From: Eledone cirrhosa
Lineage: Eukaryota
Assembly: GCA_964016885.1 (NCBI GenBank)
Contig: OZ024742.1
Location: 229,152,001 to 229,216,000 of the forward strand
Reading direction: 5' to 3'
DNA length: 64,000 nucleotides
A model generated the notes under the pieces. The model searched no databases and was not told where the DNA came from. It saw only the letters and a list, made by a program, of their open reading frames with translations. The position numbers and the translations under genes were made by a program. Of the stretch, positions 36,001 to 51,213 are shown one piece after another. Within the stretch, counting starts at the first letter, position 1. Each line of letters opens with the position of its first letter.

Positions 36001-39000
36001 ATCATAATACGACACATGTGTGATACAGTCGTGATAATCTTGTTAACTGCAGCTAAGTAATTATATCATAATACGACACATGTGTGTGATACAACTGTGA
36101 TAATCCTGTTAACTGTAGCTAAGTAATTATATCATAATACGACACATGTGTGACACAACTGTGATAATCTTGTTAACTGTAGCTAAGTAATTATATCATA
36201 ATACGACACATGTGTGTGATACAACTGTGATAATCTTGTTAACTGTAGCTAAGTAATTATATCATAATACGACACATGTGTGACACAACTGTGATAATCT
36301 TGTTAACTGTAGCTAAGTAATTATATCATAATACGACACATGTGTGATACAGTTGTGATAATCTTGTTAACTGCAGCTAAGGAATTATATCATAATACGA
36401 CACATGTGTGATACAGTTGTGATAATCTTGTTAACTGCAGCTAAGTAATTATATCATAATACGACACATGTGTGTGATACAACTGTGATAATCTTGTTAA
36501 CTGTAGCTAAGTAATTATATCATAATACGACACATGTGTGTGATACAACTGTGATAATCTTGTCAACTGTAGCTAAGTAATTATATCATAATACGACACA
36601 TGTGTGACACAACTGTGATAGTCATGTTAACTGTAGCTAAGGAATTATATCATAATACGGCACATGTGTGACACAACTTCGATAATCTTGTTAACTGTAG
36701 CTAAGTAATTATATCATAATACGACACATGTGTGACACAACTGTGATAATCTTGTTAACTGTAGCTAAGTAATTATATCATAATACGACACATGTGTGTG
36801 ATACAACTGTGATAATCTTGTTAACTGTAGCTAAGTAATTATATCATAATACGACACATATGTGATACAGTTGTGATAATCTTCTTAACTGCAGCTAAGT
36901 AATTATATCATAATACGACACATGTGTGATACAGTTGTGATAATCTTGTTAACTGTAGCTAAGTAATTATATCATAATACGACACATGTGTGACACAACT
37001 GCGATAATCTTGTTAACTGTAGCTAAGTAATTATATCATAATACGACACATGTGTGACACAACTGTGATAATCTTGTTAACTGTAGCTAAGTAATTATAT
37101 CATAATACGACACATGTGTGACACAACTGTGATAATCTTGTTAACTGTAGCTAAGTAATTATATCATAATACGACACATGTGTGACACAACTGTGATAAT
37201 CTTGTTAACTGTAGCTAAGTAATTATATCAGAATACGACACATGTGTGACACAACTGTGATAATCTTGTTAACTGTAGCTAAGTAATTATATCATAATAC
37301 GACACATGTGTGACACAACTGTGATAATCTTGTTAACTGTAGCTAAGTAATTATATCATAATACGACACATGTGTGTGATACAACTGTGATAATCTTGTT
37401 AACTGTAGCTAAGTAATTATATCATAATACGAAACATGTGTGACACAACTGTGATAATCTTGTTAACTGTAGCTAAGTAATTATATGATAATACGACACA
37501 TGTGTGTGATACAACTGTGATAATCTTGTTAACTGTAGCTAAGTAATTATATCATAATACGACACATGTGTGACACAACTGTGATAATCTTGTTAGCTGT
37601 AGCTAAGTAATTATATCATAATACAACACATGTGTGTGATACAACTGTGATAATCTTGTTAACTGTAGCTAAGTAATTATATCATAATACGACACATGTG
37701 TGATACAGTTGTGATAATCTTGTTAACTGCAGCTAAGTAATTATATCATAATACGACACATGTGTGTGATACAACTGTGATAATCCTGTTAACTGTAGCT
37801 AAGTAATTATATCATAATACGACACATGTGTGACACAACTGTGATAATCTTGTTAACTGTAGCTAAGTAATTATATCATAATACGACACATGTGTATGAT
37901 ACAACTGTGATAATCTTGTTAACTGTAGCTAAGTAATTATATCATAATACGACACATGTGTGACACAACTGTGATAATCTTGTTAACTGTAGCTAAGTAA
38001 TTATATCATAATACGACACATGTGTGATACAGTTGTGATAATCTTGTTAACTGCAGCTAAGGAATTATATCATAATACGACACATGTGTGATACAGTTGT
38101 GATAATCTTGTTAACTGCAGCTAAGTAATTATATCATAATACGACACATGTGTGTGATACAACTGTGATAATCTTGTTAACTGTAGCTAAGTAATTATAT
38201 CATAATACGACACATGTGTGTGATACAACTGTGATAATCTTGTCAACTGTAGCTAAGTAATTATATCATAATACGACACATGTGTGACACAACTGTGATA
38301 GTCATGTTAACTGTAGCTAAGGAATTATATCATAATACGGCACATGTGTGACACAACTTCGATAATCTTGTTAACTGTAGCTAAGTAATTATATCATAAT
38401 ACGACACATGTGTGTGATACAACTGTGATAATCTTGTTAACTGTAGCTAAGTAATTATATCATAATACGACACATGTGTGACACAACTGTGATAATCTTG
38501 TTAACTGTAGCTAAGTAATTATATCATAATACGACACATGTGTGACACAACTGTGATAATCTTGTTAACTGTAGCTAAGTAATTATATCATAATACGACA
38601 CATGTGTGACACAACTGTGATAATCTTGTTAACTGTAGCTAAGTAATTATATCATAATACGACACATGTGTGACACAACTGTGATAATCTTGTCAACTGT
38701 AGCTAAGTAATTATATCATAATACGACACATGTGTGAAACAACTGTGATAATCTTGTTAACTGTACCTAAGTAATTATATCATAATACGACACATGTGTG
38801 ACACAACTGTGATAATCTTGTTAACTGTAGCTAAGTAATTATATCATAATACGACACATGTGTGACACAACTGTGATAATCTTGTTAACTGTAGCTAAGT
38901 AATTATATCATAATACGACACATGTGTGACACAACTGTGATAATCTTGTTAACTGTAGCTAAGTAATTATATCATAATACGACACATGTGTGTGATACAA

Positions 39001-42000
39001 CTGTGATAATCTTGTTAACTGTAGCTAAGTAATTATATCATAATACGAAACATGTGTGACACAACTGTGATAATCTTGTTAACTGTAGCTAAGTAATTAT
39101 ATGATAATACGACACATGTGTGTGATACAACTGTGATAATCTTGTTAACTGTAGCTAAGTAATTATATCATAATACGACACATGTGTGACACAACTGTGA
39201 TAATCTTGTTAACTGTAGCTAAGTAATTATATCATAATACGACACATGTGTGACACAACTGTGATAATCTTGTTAACTGTAGCTAAGTAATTATATCATA
39301 ATACGACACATGTGTGACACAACTGTGATAATCTTGTTAGCTGTAGCTAAGTAATTATATCATAATACAACACATGTGTGTGATACAACTGTGATAATCT
39401 TGTTAACTGTAGCTAAGTAATTATATCATAATACGACACATGTGTGATACAGTTGTGATAATCTTGTTAACTGCAGCTAAGTAATTATATCATAATACGA
39501 CACATGTGTGTGATACAACTGTGATAATCCTGTTGACTGTAGCTAAGTAATTATATCATAATACGACACATGTGTGACACAACTGTGATAATCTTGTTAA
39601 CTGTAGCTAAGTAATTATATCATAATACGACACATGTGTGTGATACAACTGTGATAATCTTGTTAACTGTAGCTAAGTAATTATATCATAATACGACACA
39701 TGTGTGACACAACTGTGATAATCTTGTTAACTGTAGCTAAGTAATTATATCATAATACGACACATGTGTGATACAGTTGTGATAATCTTGTTAACTGCAG
39801 CTAAGGAATTATATCATAATACGACACATGTGTGATACAGTTGTGATAATCTTGTTAACTGCAGCTAAGTAATTATATCATAATACGACACATGTGTGTG
39901 ATACAACTGTGATAATCTTGTTAACTGTAGCTAAGTAATTATATCATAATACGACACATGTGTGTGATACAACTGTGATAATCTTGTCAACTGTAGCTAA
40001 GTAATTATATCATAATACGACACATGTGTGACACAACTGTGATAGTCATGTTAACTGTAGCTAAGGAATTATATCATAATACGGCACATGTGTGACACAA
40101 CTTCGATAATCTTGTTAACTGTAGCTAAGTAATTATATCATAATACGACACATGTGTGTGATACAACTGTGATAATCTTGTTAACTGTAGCTAAGTAATT
40201 ATATCATAATACGACACATGTGTGACACAACTGTGATAATCTTGTTAACTGTAGCTAAGTAATTATATCATAATACGACACATGTGTGACACAACTGTGA
40301 TAATCTTGTTAACTGTAGCTAAGTAATTATATCATAATACGACACATGTGTGACACAACTGTGATAATCTTGTTAACTGTAGCTAAGTAATTATATCATA
40401 ATACGACACATGTGTGACACAACTGTGATAATCTTGTCAACTGTAGCTAAGTAATTATATCATAATACGACACATGTGTGAAACAACTGTGATAATCTTG
40501 TTAACTGTACCTAAGTAATTATATCATAATACGACACATGTGTGACACAACTGTGATAATCTTGTTAACTGTAGCTAAGTAATTATATCATAATACGACA
40601 CATGTGTGACACAACTGTGATAATCTTGTTAACTGTAGCTAAGTAATTATATCATAATACGTCACATGTGTGACACAACTGTGATAATCTTGTTAACTGT
40701 AGCTAAGTAATTATATCATAATACGACACATGTGTGTGATACAACTGTAATAATCTTGTTAACTGTAGCTAAGTAATTATATCATAATACGACACATGTG
40801 TGACACAACTGTGATAATCTTGTTAACTGTAGCTAAGTAATTATATCATAATACGACACATGTGTGACACAACTGTGATAATCTTGTTAACTGTAGCTAA
40901 GTAATTATATCATAATACGACACATGTGTGACACAACTGTGATAATCCTGTTAACTGTAGCTAAGTAATTATATCATAATACGACACATGTGTGATACAG
41001 TTGTGATAATCTTGTTAACTGCAGCTAAGTAATTATATCATAATACGACACATGTGTGATACAGTTGTGATAATCTTGTTAACTGCAGCTAAGTAATTAT
41101 ATCATAATACGACACATGTGTGACACAACTGTGATAATCTTGTTAACTGCAGCTAAGTAATTATATCATAATACGACACATGTGTGACACAACTGTGATA
41201 GTCTTGTTAACTGTAGCTAAGTAATTATATCATAATACGACACATGTGTGAAACAACTGTGATAGTCTTCTTAACTGTAGCTAAGTAATTATATCATAAT
41301 ACGACACATGTGTGACACAACTGTGATAGTCTTCTTAACTGCAGCTAAGTAATTATATCATAATACGACACATGTGTGATACAGTTGTGATAATCTTGTT
41401 AACTGTAGCTAAGTAATTATATCATAATACGACACATGTGTGTGATACAACTGTGATAATCTTGTTAACTGTAGCTAAGTAATTATATCATAATACGACA
41501 CATGTGTGATACAGTTGTGATAATCTTCTTAACTGCAGCTAAGTAATTATATCATAATACGACACATGTGTGACACAACTGTGATAATCTTGTTAACTGT
41601 AGCTAAGTAATTATATCATAATACGACACATGTGTGTGATACAACTGTGATAATCTTGTTAACTGTAGCTAAGTAATTACATCATAATACGACACATGTG
41701 TGACACAACTGTGATAATCTTGTTAACTGTAGCTAAGTAATTATATCATAATACGACACATGTGTGACACAACTGTGATAATCTTGTTAACTGTAGCTAA
41801 GTAATTATATCATAATACGACACATGTGTGACACAACTGTGATAATCTTGTTAACTGTAGCTAAGTAATTATATCATAATACGACACATGTGTGACACAA
41901 CTGTGATAATCTTGTCAACTGTAGCTAAGTAATTATATCATAATACGACACATGTGTGAAACAACTGTGATAATCTTGTTAACTGTACCTAAGTAATTAT

Positions 42001-45000
42001 ATCATAATACGACACATGTGTGACACAACTGTGATAATCTTGTTAACTGTAGCTAAGTAATTATATCATAATATGACACATGTGTGACACAACTGTGATA
42101 ATCTTGTTAACTGTAGCTAAGTAATTATATCATAATACGACACATGTGTGTGATACAACTGTGATAATCTTGTTAACTGTAGCTAAGTAATTATATCATA
42201 ATACGACACATGTGTGACACAACCTTGATAATCTTGTTAACTGCAGCTAAGTAATTATATCATAATACGACACATGTGTGGCACAACTGTGATAATCTTG
42301 TTAGCTGTAGCTAAGTAATTATATCATAATACGACACATGTGTGACACAACTGTGATAATCTTGTTAACTGTAGCTCAGTAATTATATCATAATACGACA
42401 CATGTGTGATACAGTTGTGATAATCTTGTTAACTGCAGCTAAGTAATTATATCATAATACGACACATGTGTGAAACAACTGTGATAATCTTGTTAACTGT
42501 AGCTAAGTAATTATATCATAATACGACACATGTGTGAAACAACTGTGATAATCTTGTTAACTGTAGCTAAGTAATTATATCATAATACGACACATGTGTG
42601 AAACAACTGTGATAATCTTGTTAACTGTACCTAAGTAATTATATCATAATACGACACATGTGTGACACAACTGTGATAATCTTGTTAACTGTAGCTAAGT
42701 AATTATATCATAATACGACACATGTGTGACACAACTGTGATAATCTTGTTAACTGTAGCTAAGTAATTATATCATAATACGTCACATGTGTGACACAACT
42801 GTGATAATCTTGTTAACTGTAGCTAAGTAATTATATCATAATACGACACATGTGTGTGATACAACTGTAATAATCTTGTTAACTGTAGCTAAGTAATTAT
42901 ATCATAATACGACACATGTGTGACACAACTGTGATAATCTTGTTAACTGTAGCTAAGTAATTATATCATAATACGACACATGTGTGACACAACTGTGATA
43001 ATCTTGTTAACTGTAGCTAAGTAATTATATCATAATACGACACATGTGTGACACAACTGTGATAATCCTGTTAACTGTAGCTAAGTAATTATATCATAAT
43101 ACGACACATGTGTGATACAGTTGTGATAATCTTGTTAACTGCAGCTAAGTAATTATATCATAATACGACACATGTGTGATACAGTTGTGATAATCTTGTT
43201 AACTGCAGCTAAGTAATTATATCATAATACGACACATGTGTGACACAACTGTGATAATCTTGTTAACTGCAGCTAAGTAATTATATCATAATACGACACA
43301 TGTGTGACACAACTGTGATAGTCTTGTTAACTGTAGCTAAGTAATTATATCATAATACGACACATGTGTGAAACAACTGTGATAGTCTTCTTAACTGTAG
43401 CTAAGTAATTATATCATAATACGACACATGTGTGACACAACTGTGATAGTCTTCTTAACTGCAGCTAAGTAATTATATCATAATACGACACATGTGTGAT
43501 ACAGTTGTGATAATCTTGTTAACTGTAGCTAAGTAATTATATCATAATACGACACATGTGTGTGATACAACTGTGATAATCTTGTTAACTGTAGCTAAGT
43601 AATTATATCATAATACGACACATGTGTGATACAGTTGTGATAATCTTCTTAACTGCAGCTAAGTAATTATATCATAATACGACACATGTGTGACACAACT
43701 GTGATAATCTTGTTAACTGTAGCTAAGTAATTATATCATAATACGACACATGTGTGTGATACAACTGTGATAATCTTGTTAACTGTAGCTAAGTAATTAT
43801 ATCATAATACGACACATGTGTGACACAACTGTGATAATCTTGTTAACTGTAGCTAAGTAATTATATCATAATACGACACATGTGTGACACAACTGTGATA
43901 ATCTTGTTAACTGTAGCTAAGTAATTATATCATAATACGACACATGTGTGACACAACTGTGATAATCTTGTTAACTGTAGCTAAGTAATTATATCATAAT
44001 ACGACACATGTGTGACACAACTGTGATAATCTTGTCAACTGTAGCTAAGTAATTATATCATAATACGACACATGTGTGAAACAACTGTGATAATCTTGTT
44101 AACTGTACCTAAGTAATTATATCATAATACGACACATGTGTGACACAACTGTGATAATCTTGTTAACTGTAGCTAAGTAATTATATCATAATATGACACA
44201 TGTGTGACACAACTGTGATAATCTTGTTAACTGTAGCTAAGTAATTATATCATAATACGACACATGTGTGTGATACAACTGTGATAATCTTGTTAACTGT
44301 AGCTAAGTAATTATATCATAATACGACACATGTGTGACACAACCTTGATAATCTTGTTAACTGCAGCTAAGTAATTATATCATAATACGACACATGTGTG
44401 ACACAACTGTGATAATCTTGTTAGCTGTAGCTAAGTAATTATATCATAATACGACACATGTGTGACACAACTGTGATAATCTTGTTAACTGTAGCTCAGT
44501 AATTATATCATAATACGACACATGTGTGATACAGTTGTGATAATCTTGTTAACTGCAGCTAAGTAATTATATCATAATACGACACATGTGTGAAACAACT
44601 GTGATAATCTTGTTAACTGTAGCTAAGTAATTATATCATAATACGACACATGTGTGAAACAACTGTGATAATCTTGTTAACTGTAGCTAAGTAATTATAT
44701 CATAATACGACACATGTGTGATACAGTTGTGATAATCTTGTTAACTGCAGCTAAGTAATTATATCATAATACGACACATGTTTGATACAACTGTGATAAT
44801 CTTGTTAACTTTAGCTAAGTAATTATATCATAATACGACACATGTGTGAAACAACTGTGATAATCTTGTTAACTGTAGCTAAGTAATTATATCATAATAC
44901 GACACATGTGTGTGATACAACTGTGATAATCTTGTTAACTGTAGCTAAGTAATTATATCATAATACGACACATGTTTGATACAACTGTGATAATCTTGTT

Positions 45001-48000
45001 AACTTTAGCTAAGTAATTATATCATAATACGACACATCTGTGATACAGTTGTGATAATCTTGTTAACTGTAGCTAAGTAATTATATCATAATACGACACA
45101 TGTGTGTGATACAACTGTGATAATCTTGTTAACTGTAGCTAAGTAATTATATCATAATATGACACATGTGTGTGATACAACTGTGATAATCTTGTTAACT
45201 GTAGCTAAGTAATTATATCATAATACGACACATGTGTGCCCCACTTTGATAATCTTGTTAACTGTAGCTAAGTAATTATATCATAATACGACACATGTGT
45301 GACACAACTGTGATAATCTTGTTAACTGTAGCTAAGTAATTATATCATAATACGACACATGTGTGACACAACTGTGATAATCTTGTTAACTGTAGCTAAG
45401 TAATTATATCATAATACGACACATGTGTGACACAACTGTGATAATCTTGTTAACTGTAGCTAAGTAATTATATCATAATACGACACATGTGTGACACAAC
45501 TGTGATAATCTTGTCAACTGTAGCTAAGTAATTATATCATAATACGACACATGTGTGAAACAACTGTGATAATCTTGTTAACTGTACCTAAGTAATTATA
45601 TCATAATACGACACATGTGTGACACAACTGTGATAATCTTGTTAACTGTAGCTAAGTAATTATATCATAATATGACACATGTGTGACACAACTGTGATAA
45701 TCTTGTTAACTGTAGCTAAGTAATTATATCATAATACGACACATGTGTGTGATACAACTGTGATAATCTTGTTAACTGTAGCTAAGTAATTATATCATAA
45801 TACGACACATGTGTGACACAACTGTGATAATCTTGTTAACTGTAGCTAAGTAATTATATCATAATACGACACATGTGTGAAACAACTGTGATAATCTTGT
45901 TAACTGTACCTAAGTAATTATATCATAATACGACACATGTGTGACACAACTGTGATAATCTTGTTAACTGTAGCTAAGTAATTATATCATAATATGACAC
46001 ATGTGTGACACAACTGTGATAATCTTGTTAACTGTAGCTAAGTAATTATATCATAATACGACACATGTGTGTGATACAACTGTGATAATCTTGTTAACTG
46101 TAGCTAAGTAATTATATCATAATACGACACATGTGTGACACAACTGTGATAGTCTTGTTAACTGTAGCTAAGTAATTATATCATAATACGACACATGTGT
46201 GATACAGTTGTGATAATCTTGTTAACTGTAGCTAAGTAATTATATCATAATACGACACATGTGTGATACAGTTGTGATAATCTTGTTAACTGCAGCTAAG
46301 TAATTATATCATAATACGACACATGTGTGTGATACAACTGTGATAATCTTGTTAACTGTAGCTAAGTAATTATATCATAATACGACACATGTGTGACACA
46401 ACTGTGATAATCTTGTTAACTGTAGCTAAGTAATTATATCATAATACGACACATGTGTGTGATACAACTGTAATAATCTTGTTAACTGTAGCTAAGTATT
46501 TATATCATAATACGACACATGTGTGACACAACTGTGATAATCTTGTCAACTGTAGCTAAGTAATTATATCATAATACGACACATGTGTGAAACAACTGTG
46601 ATAATCTTGTTAACTGTACCTAAGTAATTATATCATAATACGACACATGTGTGACACAACTGTGATAATCTTGTTAACTGTAGCTAAGTAATTATATCAT
46701 AATATGACACATGTGTGACACAACTGTGATAATCTTGTTAACTGTAGCTAAGTAATTATATCATAATACGACACATGTGTGTGATACAACTGTGATAATC
46801 TTGTTAACTGTAGCTAAGTAATTATATCATAATACGACACATGTGTGACACAACCTTGATAATCTTGTTAACTGCAGCTAAGTAATTATATCATAATACG
46901 ACACATGTGTGACACAACTGTGATAATCTTGTTAGCTGTAGCTAAGTAATTATATCATAATACGACACATGTGTGACACAACTGTGATAATCTTGTTAAC
47001 TGTAGCTCAGTAATTATATCATAATACGACACATGTGTGATACAGTTGTGATAATCTTGTTAACTGCAGCTAAGTAATTATATCATAATACGACACATGT
47101 GTGAAACAACTGTGATAATCTTGTTAACTGTAGCTAAGTAATTATATCATAATACGACACATGTGTGAAACAACTGTGATAATCTTGTTAACTGTAGCTA
47201 AGTAATTATATCATAATACGACACATGTGTGATACAGTTGTGATAATCTTGTTAACTGCAGCTAAGTAATTATATCATAATACGACACATGTTTGATACA
47301 ACTGTGATAATCTTGTTAACTTTAGCTAAGTAATTATATCATAATACGACACATGTGTGAAACAACTGTGATAATCTTGTTAACTGTAGCTAAGTAATTA
47401 TATCATAATACGACACATGTGTGTGATACAACTGTGATAATCTTGTTAACTGTAGCTAAGTAATTATATCATAATACGACACATGTTTGATACAACTGTG
47501 ATAATCTTGTTAACTTTAGCTAAGTAATTATATCATAATACGACACATCTGTGATACAGTTGTGATAATCTTGTTAACTGTAGCTAAGTAATTATATCAT
47601 AATACGACACATGTGTGTGATACAACTGTGATAATCTTGTTAACTGTAGCTAAGTAATTATATCATAATATGACACATGTGTGTGATACAACTGTGATAA
47701 TCTTGTTAACTGTAGCTAAGTAATTATATCATAATACGACACATGTGTGCCCCACTTTGATAATCTTGTTAACTGTAGCTAAGTAATTATATCATAATAC
47801 GACACATGTGTGACACAACTGTGATAATCTTGTTAACTGTAGCTAAGTAATTATATCATAATACGACACATGTGTGACACAACTGTGATAATCTTGTTAA
47901 CTGTAGCTAAGTAATTATATCATAATACGACACATGTGTGACACAACTGTGATAATCTTGTTAACTGTAGCTAAGTAATTATATCATAATACGACACATG

Positions 48001-50856
48001 TGTGACACAACTGTGATAATCTTGTCAACTGTAGCTAAGTAATTATATCATAATACGACACATGTGTGAAACAACTGTGATAATCTTGTTAACTGTACCT
48101 AAGTAATTATATCATAATACGACACATGTGTGACACAACTGTGATAATCTTGTTAACTGTAGCTAAGTAATTATATCATAATATGACACATGTGTGACAC
48201 AACTGTGATAATCTTGTTAACTGTAGCTAAGTAATTATATCATAATACGACACATGTGTGTGATACAACTGTGATAATCTTGTTAACTGTAGCTAAGTAA
48301 TTATATCATAATACGACACATGTGTGACACAACTGTGATAATCTTGTTAACTGTAGCTAAGTAATTATATCATAATACGACACATGTGTGAAACAACTGT
48401 GATAATCTTGTTAACTGTACCTAAGTAATTATATCATAATACGACACATGTGTGACACAACTGTGATAATCTTGTTAACTGTAGCTAAGTAATTATATCA
48501 TAATATGACACATGTGTGACACAACTGTGATAATCTTGTTAACTGTAGCTAAGTAATTATATCATAATACGACACATGTGTGTGATACAACTGTGATAAT
48601 CTTGTTAACTGTAGCTAAGTAATTATATCATAATACGACACATGTGTGACACAACTGTGATAGTCTTGTTAACTGTAGCTAAGTAATTATATCATAATAC
48701 GACACATGTGTGATACAGTTGTGATAATCTTGTTAACTGTAGCTAAGTAATTATATCATAATACGACACATGTGTGATACAGTTGTGATAATCTTGTTAA
48801 CTGCAGCTAAGTAATTATATCATAATACGACACATGTGTGTGATACAACTGTGATAATCTTGTTAACTGTAGCTAAGTAATTATATCATAATACGACACA
48901 TGTGTGACACAACTGTGATAATCTTGTTAACTGTAGCTAAGTAATTATATCATAATACGACACATGTGTGTGATACAACTGTAATAATCTTGTTAACTGT
49001 AGCTAAGTATTTATATCATAATACGACACATGTGTGACACAACTGTGATAATCTTGTTAACTGTAGCTAAGTAATTATATCATAATACGACACATCTGTG
49101 ATACAGTTGTGATAATCTTGTTAACTGCAGCTAAGTAATTATATCATAATACGACACATGTGTGATACAGTTGTGATAATCTTGTTAACTGCAGCTAAGT
49201 AATTATATCATAATACGACACATGTGTGACACAACTGTGATAATCTTGTTAACTGCAGCTAAGTAATTATATCATAATACGACACATGTGTGACACAACT
49301 GTGATAGTTTTGTTAACTGTAGCTAAGTAATTATATCATAATACGACACATGTGTGAAACAACTGTGATAATCTTGTTAACTGTAGCTAAGTAATTATAT
49401 CATAATACGACACATGTGTGACACAACTGTGATAATCTTGTTAACTGTAGCTAAGTAATTATATCATAATACGACACATGTGTGAAACAACTGTGATAAT
49501 CTTGTTAACTGTACCTAAGTAATTATATCATAATACGACACATGTGTGACACAACTGTGATAATCTTGTTAACTGTAGCTAAGTAATTATATCATAATAT
49601 GACACATGTGTGACACAACTGTGATAATCTTGTTAACTGTAGCTAAGTAATTATATCATAATACGACACATGTGTGTGATACAACTGTGATAATCTTGTT
49701 AACTGTAGCTAAGTAATTATATCATAATACGACACATGTGTGACACAACTGTGATAGTCTTCTTAACTGTAGCTAAGTAATTATATCATAATACGACACA
49801 TGTGTGACACAACTGTGATAGTCTTCTTAACTGCAGCTAAGTAATTATATCATAATACGACACATGTGTGATACAGTTGTGATAATCTTCTTAACTGCAG
49901 CTAAGTAATTATATCATAATACGACACATGTGTGACACAACTGTGATAATCTTGTTAACTGTAGCTAAGTAATTATATCATAATACGACACATGTGTGTG
50001 ATACAACTGTGATAATCTTGTTAACTGTAGCTAAGTAATTATATCATAATACGACACATGTGTGACACAACTGTGATAATCTTGTTAACTGTAGCTAAGT
50101 AATTATATCATAATACGACACATGTGTGACACAACTGTGATAATCTTGTTAACTGTAGCTAAGTAATTATATCATAATACGACACATGTGTGACACAACT
50201 GTGATAATCTTGTTAACTGTAGCTAAGTAATTATATCATAATACGACACATGTGTGACACAACTGTGATAATCTTGTCAACTGTAGCTAAGTAATTATAT
50301 CATAATACGACACATGTGTGAAACAACTGTGATAATCTTGTTAACTGTACCTAAGTAATTATATCATAATACGACACATGTGTGACACAACTGTGATAAT
50401 CTTGTTAACTGTAGCTAAGTAATTATATCATAATATGACACATGTGTGACACAACTGTGATAATCTTGTTAACTGTAGCTAAGTAATTATATCATAATAC
50501 GACACATGTGTGTGACACAACTGTGATAATCTTGTTAACTGTAGCTAAGTAATTATATCATAATACGACACATGTGTGACACAACTGTGATAATCTTGTT
50601 AACTGTAGCTAAGTAATTATATCATAATACGACACATGTGTGACACAACCGTGATAATCTTGTTAACTGCAGCTAAGTAATTATATCATAATACGACACA
50701 TGTGTGATACAACTGTGATAATCTTGTTAACTGCAGCTAAGTAATTATATCATAATACGACACATGTGTGACACAACTGTGATAATCTTGTTAACTGCAG
50801 CTAAGTATCACAATTGTGATAATCTTGTTAACTGTAGCTAAGTAATTATATCATAA
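1..50856. repeat. Tandem satellite array, 64-bp monomer (66-bp variant with extra TG), about 790 copies, runs off the left edge
   Basis: Consensus TTGTTAACTGTAGCTAAGTAATTATATCATAATACGACACATGTGTGACACAACTGTGATAATC; CTTGTT recurs at 321 and 385 (period 64). Single orientation throughout, no ORFs in the track, abrupt end at ...TATCATAA 50856. Confidence 0.99.
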
Positions 50857-50919
50857 ATTGAGTTAAAAACTCAAAATAGTCTTTTACAATTAAATAGCTC
50901 AAAGAAGGGAATCTTTCCG

Positions 50920-51183
50920 AGCCGTGTAATATAATTGGGATATATGAGAGAGATGAACACAGATATAACTATACATGTGTTCCATTGTCCGGGTATCATA
51001 GGCTATTTGCCCGCTATAGGTTTTTTTTTTTTATTGATTTGTTATGTTATATCGAGTCAGGCAAACCATATTGTTTTAAATTAGTATTTTTCAACCTAGC
51101 TAACTTGGTCATTTGCAATTGGAACACATGTATAGTTATATCTGTGTTCATCCATCTCATATATCCAATTATATTACACGGCT
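50920..51183. mobile_element. MITE-like fold-back element with ~65-bp terminal inverted repeats
   Basis: 50920-50984 (AGCCGTGTAATATAATTGGGATATATGAGA...ACATGTGTTCCA) is the near-perfect reverse complement of 51120-51183. The ~135-bp spacer is non-coding. No clear TSD. Confidence 0.7.
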
Positions 51184-51213
51184 AAGTAATTATGTTAATT
51201 TTAAATAAATTAA

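Noticed and set aside
1-50856. CRISPR array or repeat-protein gene
   Set aside because: No unique spacers and no cas genes; units are contiguous near-identical monomers and the ORF track is empty here.
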